DNA of 24,000 nt from Chamaesiphon sp. VAR_61_metabat_425. Its GTDB lineage: Bacteria; Cyanobacteriota; Cyanobacteriia; Cyanobacteriales; Chamaesiphonaceae. The notes below the pieces were generated by a model that saw only the letters and a list, made by a program, of their open reading frames with translations, made no database searches and was not told the DNA's origin. The first letter of the stretch is position 1. Each line of letters opens with the position of its first letter. The DNA lies in the NCBI GenBank assembly GCA_031425415.1, contig JANPJH010000093.1, positions 595 to 24,594 on the forward strand. Direction: 5' to 3'. Below are positions 18,203-24,000 of the stretch, piece by piece. Position numbers and translations under genes: made by a program.

Positions 18203-18335
18203 CGAAGTTTTACCTCACTGGTTGAGATAGTGTAGATATTTTAGCATTAACTCAATTAGGAATTACCGTACTTCCCTTTCCGAAAAAATTTCAGTAAGAT
18301 CTTTACATATCGGCTCACACATCCCGGAATACCTG

Positions 18336-19229
18336 ATGACCACAATTTCATCATCCCTAACACCCATTCGCACTAACGAGAAATTAACTTGGAATTGGCG
18401 GGGACACCAGATCAAATACACCGTAGCAGGTGAAGGGAAACCGCTATTATTAATTCATGGATTTGGAGCATCGATCGATCATTGGCGGAAAAATATCCCC
18501 GTACTAGCGGAGGGTGGATACCAAGTATATGCGATCGATTTATTGGGGTTTGGCGGTTCAGACAAAGCCCCGATCGACTACAGTATGGAACTGTGGGAAG
18601 AATTAGTTGTAGACTTCTGGCATGAGTATATCAACCAGCCGACGGTATTTGTCGGTAACTCGATCGGTGCATTACTCAGTCTGATGTTGGTGGCGCATCA
18701 CCCAGAAATTTGTGCGGGTGGAGTATTGATTAATTGTGCGGGTGGACTGAATCATCGTCCTGACGAACTAAACTTCTTGCTCCGTGGTGTGATGGGCATA
18801 TTTACCAATATTGTCGCATCTCCAGTCTTCGGTAAGTTAATGTTCGATCGAGTGCGGCAGAAGTCCAGTATCCGCAACAGCCTGTATCAGGTCTATCCGC
18901 GCCGAGAAGCCGTCACCGACGAACTAATCGATATAATCCATCAACCCGCTTGCGATCCGGGCGCACAGCAAGTTTTTGCCTCGATTTTGACGGCACCAGC
19001 CGGCCCAACTCCAGAATCATTAATCGCGGATGTCACCAAGCCGCTCTTGGTATTGTGGGGAGAAAACGACCCTTGGACACCGATTAAAGGTGCCAAAGTT
19101 TATCAAGAACTGGCCGCAGCAGGTAAACCTGTGCGGGTAGTCTCGATCCCCAATGCTGGACACTGCCCCCATGATGAATATCCTGAAGTAGTTAATCCAG
19201 CAATTTTGGAATGGCTGAGTAGTTGTTAG
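18336..19229 (+). CDS. Alpha/beta-fold hydrolase (resembles the plant/cyanobacterial pheophytinase/CLD1-related group)
   Basis: WNWRGHQIKYTVAGEGKPLLLIHGFGASIDHWRKNIPVLA, YAIDLLGFGGSDK, nucleophile elbow GNSIGA and C-terminal GHCPHDE. Confidence 0.85.
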   Translation: MTTISSSLTPIRTNEKLTWNWRGHQIKYTVAGEGKPLLLIHGFGASIDHWRKNIPVLAEGGYQVYAIDLLGFGGSDKAPIDYSMELWEELVVDFWHEYINQPTVFVGNSIGALLSLMLVAHHPEICAGGVLINCAGGLNHRPDELNFLLRGVMGIFTNIVASPVFGKLMFDRVRQKSSIRNSLYQVYPRREAVTDELIDIIHQPACDPGAQQVFASILTAPAGPTPESLIADVTKPLLVLWGENDPWTPIKGAKVYQELAAAGKPVRVVSIPNAGHCPHDEYPEVVNPAILEWLSSC

Positions 19230-20380
19230 ATCGTGACTAGTGGCAGTTGCAGACTATTTGATGTTGCCAGGGGTAAAGTTACATAAATTGTGGTCTTATC
19301 CCGATCGGTATTAGCCATCAAAAACAGTCCATCATAAATTTCAATAATCTTCTTGACAATTTTCAATCCCATGTCCAATTCGGCTCGATTGTCAATCCCC
19401 GAATCAAACCGAATCAATTCTGATAGTTTAGAGTTGTGTTTACTCATAGAATTTGCCTCTTTGCCATCAATCCAAAAATGAAAGGCATCATCGATAGTTT
19501 TACCGTGAACATAAATGGGAATTTCGGAGTTAAACACAGTCAGAGCATTTTCCAACAGTTCGTTAAATATATACTGCAAGTGGCTAGGGGTGACGGCAAT
19601 TTCCGGATCTTCAAGATCGAAAACTAATTTAGGCGATGGCTTAAACTGACTGGCTTGGGCAATCGCCATCCGCTTAATTAGCATTCTTGGAGCACAAATC
19701 TGATGTTGTTTACTGTCTTTTGGTGTCAGGGTCAATTGCAAATATAACAGAAATTTTTGATTTAACTTATCTAACTTAAGTGCCGATTGATTGACTAGAT
19801 CTAACACATCATTAGTATCTAGTATTCCCATTTTGCCAATGTTCTTCTGCATCAGCCCAATATTGTCTAAAATATCATTCAAAGCAATATTCAATTCCTT
19901 GGGGAAACCAGCAGCTAAATCTAGCCGAAATTCGTTTAAGCTATTTTCTAGGGAATGGATGTTATTGCGTTGAAGTTTACACAAAGATTGAATTCGATCG
20001 TGCTGTTTTTTGATCCGCAACATAGATTTGACTCTAGCACGCAGTTCGATGCTACTGACAGGCTTGCAAATAAAGTCATCAGCACCCGCTGCTAGGCACC
20101 GACCCAGATCTTCTTTGCTAGATAGAGCAGTCACCATAATAATTGGCACAGCTTGCCATTGTGGCATCGCCTTAATCCGCTGACATACTTCAAAGCCGTC
20201 CATATCTGGCATCATCACATCTAGCAAGATCACATCCGGATCGAATGTATCCAGATCGGCGATCGCTTCTTGACCGCGACTAGCATAGTTTAAAATATAG
20301 TCTTCACTGGGTAGAAGTGCTTCAATCACTTCAAAATTACTTGGTTCATCATCAATGACTAAAATCGAATAGTTACTCAT
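19226..20380 (-). CDS. Response-regulator receiver fused to a degenerate histidine-kinase-like (pseudo-HK) module
   Basis: The REC domain is intact: ILVIDDEPSNFE, ILLDVMMPDMDGFE, IIMVTALS, GADDFICKPV. In the C-terminal 250 aa the expected H-box position reads GFPKELNIALNDILDNIGLM, with K where His is expected. An N-box-like IFNELLENALTV is present. The G1 position (FWIDGKEAN) and G2 position (AELDMGLKIV) lack the conserved glycines. The ATG at 20380 overlaps the upstream kinase stop (TAATG). Confidence 0.85.
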   Translation of the reverse strand: MSNYSILVIDDEPSNFEVIEALLPSEDYILNYASRGQEAIADLDTFDPDVILLDVMMPDMDGFEVCQRIKAMPQWQAVPIIMVTALSSKEDLGRCLAAGADDFICKPVSSIELRARVKSMLRIKKQHDRIQSLCKLQRNNIHSLENSLNEFRLDLAAGFPKELNIALNDILDNIGLMQKNIGKMGILDTNDVLDLVNQSALKLDKLNQKFLLYLQLTLTPKDSKQHQICAPRMLIKRMAIAQASQFKPSPKLVFDLEDPEIAVTPSHLQYIFNELLENALTVFNSEIPIYVHGKTIDDAFHFWIDGKEANSMSKHNSKLSELIRFDSGIDNRAELDMGLKIVKKIIEIYDGLFLMANTDRDKTTIYVTLPLATSNSLQLPLVTI

Positions 20381-21390
20381 TATCTTATTTCCTCGTTGGC
20401 TAAAAGTTCTTGAACTGTGGTTGCTAGTTGTCTAAGTTTGACTGGTTTGGTGAGATATTCAATCAGCGGGGATGTCTCTAGGACTGACTGATAAGGTTCG
20501 ATCCTAGATTCGGGTTGAGGGGTTGGCTGTTGTGGGGAACAAAGGTTAGGAGCAGGGCAGGGTAGAGAAATGGTGAAACAACTGCCCAAGCCCACCTCGC
20601 TAGTTAATCCCACTTCGCCACCGTGGAGTTCGACAATCCGCTTCACAAGAGCTAGCCCTAAACCTGTGCCCTGATATTGGCGGTTGAGCGCGCTATCGAT
20701 TTGAATGAAGGGCTGAAATAGCTTGTGGAGATGTTCGGGGGCAATGCCGATGCCCGTATCGATGATGGCAATTTGGATAAAATTCGGATCGGGATGATTC
20801 GGTGGTTGGGGAGGGCTGTTGATCTTTAGGGTAATCTGTCCGCCTTCTGGGGTAAATTTAACCGCATTATTGAGCAAATTAATCAAAACTTGACGGATTC
20901 GCCTTTCATCTATGAATAAGTTGGGGAGATTGAGTGGCAGTTTAATCTCTAGCTGAATGCTTTTGTGGAGAGCCTGCTGCTCGATCGCTGCTAGACTGGA
21001 TTGGCATAGTGGCGCAACAGCAGTGGATGTGTAGTCTAGCTCAATTTGACCAGATTCAATTTTGGTGATGTCGAGAATATCGTTGATTAATTCCAGCAAC
21101 CGTGAGCCGCCACGCTCGATCGTTTGGATAGATTTCAGTTGTCGATCGTTAATACTGCCAAACACTTCCGCTTGCAGTGCCTCACTCATGCCTAGAATAG
21201 CGTTGAGCGGCGTGCGAAGTTCATGGCTCATGTTGGCGAGGAATTCGTCTTTGAGGCGGGTGGCACGGGCGAGTTCTTCGTTGGGAGTGGATAATAGTTG
21301 TGCGCCGATCACTGGCTCGATCGCATCCGGCGAAACTACCAAGGGATTCCGAACAATTACAGACCTATGTTCTACCGGAGAGAGAGCCAT
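20380..21390 (-). CDS. Soluble histidine kinase (HisKA + HATPase) with no recognisable sensor domain and a vestigial receiver tail
   Basis: H-box MSHELRTPLNAILGMSEAL begins at about residue 54. N-box LINLLNNAVKFTP, G1 IIDTGIGI, F-box LFQPF, G2 GTGLGLALVK. The C-terminal IEYLTKPVKLRQLATTVQELL resembles only the beta5-alpha5 end of a REC domain. Confidence 0.9.
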   Translation of the reverse strand: MALSPVEHRSVIVRNPLVVSPDAIEPVIGAQLLSTPNEELARATRLKDEFLANMSHELRTPLNAILGMSEALQAEVFGSINDRQLKSIQTIERGGSRLLELINDILDITKIESGQIELDYTSTAVAPLCQSSLAAIEQQALHKSIQLEIKLPLNLPNLFIDERRIRQVLINLLNNAVKFTPEGGQITLKINSPPQPPNHPDPNFIQIAIIDTGIGIAPEHLHKLFQPFIQIDSALNRQYQGTGLGLALVKRIVELHGGEVGLTSEVGLGSCFTISLPCPAPNLCSPQQPTPQPESRIEPYQSVLETSPLIEYLTKPVKLRQLATTVQELLANEEIR

Positions 21391-21670
21391 GGTACAAGTG
21401 GAAATGGATGTATAGGGCTATATTTTCTATTATTCCCTGTTGTATTTGATAAATTACCTCTGGTATAGCAGTTACCTAAAAATCACTAGCAGTTTCAATT
21501 GCTACCTGCTTGGATCTCCGACTTTCGAGCCTAATAGATGAGGGGTAAAAGTCTTGCCTGGAAACATCCTCACCCCAATCGACGTTAGAATAAAGATCTC
21601 AAAGCGATCGATTATGGGACTACCGATTCCCGACTTTCCCGATCGATTGACTGTAACTCATTAACCTGTG

Positions 21671-22543
21671 ATGGCACACCTAACTCATCGACGAGCCGAA
21701 AATATCGACGGAGACTTTTATGTCGATCGATCTTGTATTGATTGCGATACTTGTCGGTGGATGGCTCCGGCTGTATTCGATCAAGTGGGAGAGATGTCGG
21801 CAGTCTATCACCAACCGATCGGCGCGGAAGAGCGATTACCCGCGATGCAAGCATTACTATCTTGTCCGACAGGCTCAATTGGGACATTAGCAAAACCTGT
21901 CGATATCAAACAGGCGCAAGCATCTTTGCCAATTAGAGTAGCTGAGAATGTTTACCATTGCGGTTATCATTCGGCAAAATCCTATGCCGCAGCCAGTTAT
22001 TTAATTCAACACCCAGCGGGGAATGTTCTGATCGATTCGCCCAGATTTACACCACCACTGGTCAAACAGATCGAAAAACTTGGCGGGGTCAAATATCTAT
22101 ATCTCACCCATCGGGATGATGTCGCCGATCACCAGAAGTTCCACGAGCATTTTGGTTGCGATCGGCTGCTTCATCAAAACGATATTACTACCGATACTCA
22201 AGCCGTCGAATGGCAGCTTCAAGGCATCGAGCCGATCGAACTTACCCCCGATGCGCTAATCATTCCCGTTCCTGGACACAGCCAAGGACATACAGTTTTA
22301 TTGTACCAACACAAGTTCTTATTCACTGGCGATCATCTCGCCTTCCGCCGACAACTCGGACATTTGGGTGCTTTTCGGGACTTCTGTTGGTATTCCTGGC
22401 CAGAACAGATTAAATCTATGCAAAAATTAGCTACCTATGATTTTGAATGGGTGCTACCTGGTCATGGGAGACGTTATCATGCCGATATTGAAACTATGCA
22501 CGAGCAAATGCAGCAATGTATTAGTTGGATGGCAACTGTCTAA
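21671..22543 (+). CDS. Fusion of a [4Fe-4S] ferredoxin-like domain and a metallo-beta-lactamase-fold hydrolase
   Basis: N-terminal FYVDRSCIDCDTCRWMAP...LLSCPTGSI gives CxxCxxC...CP. MBL elements are LIDSP, YLYLTHRDDVADH, VPGHSQGH, FTGDHL and LPGHG. The ATG at 21671 directly follows the ORF-track GTG at 21668. Confidence 0.8.
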   Translation: MAHLTHRRAENIDGDFYVDRSCIDCDTCRWMAPAVFDQVGEMSAVYHQPIGAEERLPAMQALLSCPTGSIGTLAKPVDIKQAQASLPIRVAENVYHCGYHSAKSYAAASYLIQHPAGNVLIDSPRFTPPLVKQIEKLGGVKYLYLTHRDDVADHQKFHEHFGCDRLLHQNDITTDTQAVEWQLQGIEPIELTPDALIIPVPGHSQGHTVLLYQHKFLFTGDHLAFRRQLGHLGAFRDFCWYSWPEQIKSMQKLATYDFEWVLPGHGRRYHADIETMHEQMQQCISWMATV

Positions 22544-22601
22544 TCTAAACCGATCGATCTGACCAACAACATTCCACTCCTCCAACATCCGTCACATCCT
22601 T

Positions 22602-24000
22602 ATGTCCACTAACCAAATCGAAGTTTCACTCGAACAGTATTGTGAAATGACAGTTAGTGGAATTATCACCCCTGACGATCGAGAACCAAGTAAATTACTC
22701 TTAATTACCCCCGATGGTTGTCAATTTCGGGCGGCACCGCTAGGCGATTTTACCCCTGTAACTGACGAAGATAGACAATGGCGGGTGGTACCAGTTACTC
22801 AGACAGATGGGGTGATTACCCGATTGCAAATAGTTAGCCAAGTATCTAACGCTGAAATTGAAGCTGACAAATTTGTGTGTGTGGGGAGAACCGCCCAAGT
22901 CAATCGCAAGCATACCGCAGTGTCGCTGAAGATCGACCGATCGGGCGAACCAACAATCAGACCAACTTTACTCGCTCCTCCCGTTCAAGTCAAATCGGGA
23001 CAATTATGGCATTTCGTCGCCCTCAGAGGAGGTACGAGCCTAAATATTATCAGAGCCACACCATTAGAAGCATCAGCCGCAGGTGCAGCCGTTAACCCAG
23101 TAACTATTGAATCCGTCCCATCTGCCTCCGGTAGCAACACCGCCCAGAACAAACCGCCTACTGCCGCTAAAACCATCTACCAGCCTCGAAATCTGGATAA
23201 AGAGTATTTCAAGTCAAATCGCGAGGAGATGACCTCGATCGCCCTAGCAGCCATGAATCAGGAAATGCTCAGGGCGGATTGGGCACTATCCCTAACGCGG
23301 GTCAAGGAGCCAACCTGGGAATGGGAAGCTCAAAGTTTAACTCCCGCAGATCTTCGCGCTAGAATCCAGGTTAACTCTCGATCGAAAGTTGCCAGGATCT
23401 ATATCTATCCCCATCAGCAAAAGTTTACTCCAGTTAGTGAGCCGGAAACTACCGAATCGGCAGTAATGGCTGAACCAGAAGGCGAGATGGAGGCTTCCTC
23501 CGACAGAGAGCGCGACCAGACAGCGGATAAATATCTCGATCGCTTAATTGTCACCCCATTAGGTGCAGCGCGGGGGATTGGAGCCTCCTGCTTTCGCGTC
23601 CAAATTGGACCCTATGAAATCGTGATGGATGCGGGAACTCGTCCCAAAGGCAGCGATCCGCTCCCAGCCTTGGAGCTATTAAACCACCCGAATCTGATGC
23701 TGATTACCCACGCCCACCTCGATCATATTGGGGCGTTGCCGATTTTCCACCGTGATTTTCCCGATGTGCCAATGATTTGCACCCACGGTACGCGAGAAAT
23801 CGCCCATGTGATGTTAACCGATGGCTTGAAAGTCCAAACAGCGCAACAGAAGCAAGGAAATGAGGATTTCGGGCAAGTATTTACCGCTGACGATCTCGAT
23901 CGCACTTTATTTACACTGCAAACGCAACCCGTGGGCGTAGACTTTTCACCCCTACCTGGTTTGAAAGTCCGCTTCATTCATGCGGGGCATATTGTGGGCG
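22602..24000 (+). CDS. Large MBL-fold protein of the RNA-metabolising (beta-CASP / RNase J / CPSF-like) type with an uncharacterised N-terminal region of about 310 aa; 3' end outside the window
   Basis: This CDS is not in the supplied ORF track. I translated it by hand from the ATG at 22602 (an in-frame TGA lies upstream at 22560-22562) through nt 24000, giving 466 codons with no stop. Motifs from about residue 315: VTPLGAARGIGASCFRVQIGPYEIVMDAGTRP, LMLITHAHLDHIGALP and VRFIHAGHIVG. Confidence 0.85.
   Translation, partial: MSTNQIEVSLEQYCEMTVSGIITPDDREPSKLLLITPDGCQFRAAPLGDFTPVTDEDRQWRVVPVTQTDGVITRLQIVSQVSNAEIEADKFVCVGRTAQVNRKHTAVSLKIDRSGEPTIRPTLLAPPVQVKSGQLWHFVALRGGTSLNIIRATPLEASAAGAAVNPVTIESVPSASGSNTAQNKPPTAAKTIYQPRNLDKEYFKSNREEMTSIALAAMNQEMLRADWALSLTRVKEPTWEWEAQSLTPADLRARIQVNSRSKVARIYIYPHQQKFTPVSEPETTESAVMAEPEGEMEASSDRERDQTADKYLDRLIVTPLGAARGIGASCFRVQIGPYEIVMDAGTRPKGSDPLPALELLNHPNLMLITHAHLDHIGALPIFHRDFPDVPMICTHGTREIAHVMLTDGLKVQTAQQKQGNEDFGQVFTADDLDRTLFTLQTQPVGVDFSPLPGLKVRFIHAGHIVG

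Noticed and set aside
21300-21390. The kinase N-terminus VIVRNPLVVSPDAIEP looks like the start of a CBS domain, hinting at a truncated sensor.
   Set aside because: Only about 15 residues are involved. The upstream 277 nt are full of stops in all minus-strand frames, so no pseudogenised sensor remnant can be supported.
21612-21893. A 93-aa minus-strand ORF, and the 21062-21415 plus-strand 117-aa ORF.
   Set aside because: Both are antisense to genes with clear domain signatures (the ferredoxin-MBL gene and the histidine kinase) and have no motifs of their own.
22573-22590. CCACTCCTCCAACATCC in the spacer between the two MBL genes, which resembles the Yfr1 sRNA core ACUCCUCACAC.
   Set aside because: It is not an exact match and lacks the flanking stem-loops. 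It is probably just the 5' UTR of the downstream CDS.
23723-23977. An 84-aa minus-strand ORF near the window end, and 22877-23176 ORFs on both strands.
   Set aside because: All lie inside or antisense to the long unlisted plus-strand CDS (22602-24000), which has clear MBL motifs.

Overview
This window reads as a core-chromosome stretch of a cyanobacterium. The HIP1 octamer GCGATCGC recurs (e.g. 1663-1670, 2299-2306, 9783-9790, 9902-9909), and the shorter CGATCG palindrome is everywhere. Gene content is mostly housekeeping: pth, pyruvate kinase, trpB, malQ, a LarE-like PP-loop enzyme, a GH3 hydrolase, a flavoprotein and two alpha/beta hydrolases. Two-component signalling genes and conserved hypotheticals are interleaved with these. 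I support 23 protein-coding regions plus one probable frameshifted small ORF. One long CDS (22602 to the window end) is missing from the supplied ORF track because it has no stop codon inside the window. I recognised no tRNA, rRNA, CRISPR array, transposase, integrase or phage-like gene, so nothing marks an obvious island or a known defence system. Four things are unusual, and none is proven novel. (i) A sensor-less histidine kinase carries a vestigial receiver tail and is translationally coupled (TAATG) to a receiver-pseudokinase fusion (19226-21390). (ii) Two metallo-beta-lactamase-fold genes sit in tandem: a ferredoxin-MBL fusion with a non-canonical metal motif, then a beta-CASP-like MBL protein with an unrecognisable N-terminal extension of about 310 aa (21671-24000). 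(iii) A co-oriented cluster runs from a frameshifted small ORF through YaaW-like and DUF4129-like genes to a DUF4350-like gene (7503-10643). (iv) Tandem heptamer tracts and a roughly 26-nt dispersed repeat lie in intergenic spacers. All functional calls come from motif recognition by eye, and no database search or folding calculation was possible.
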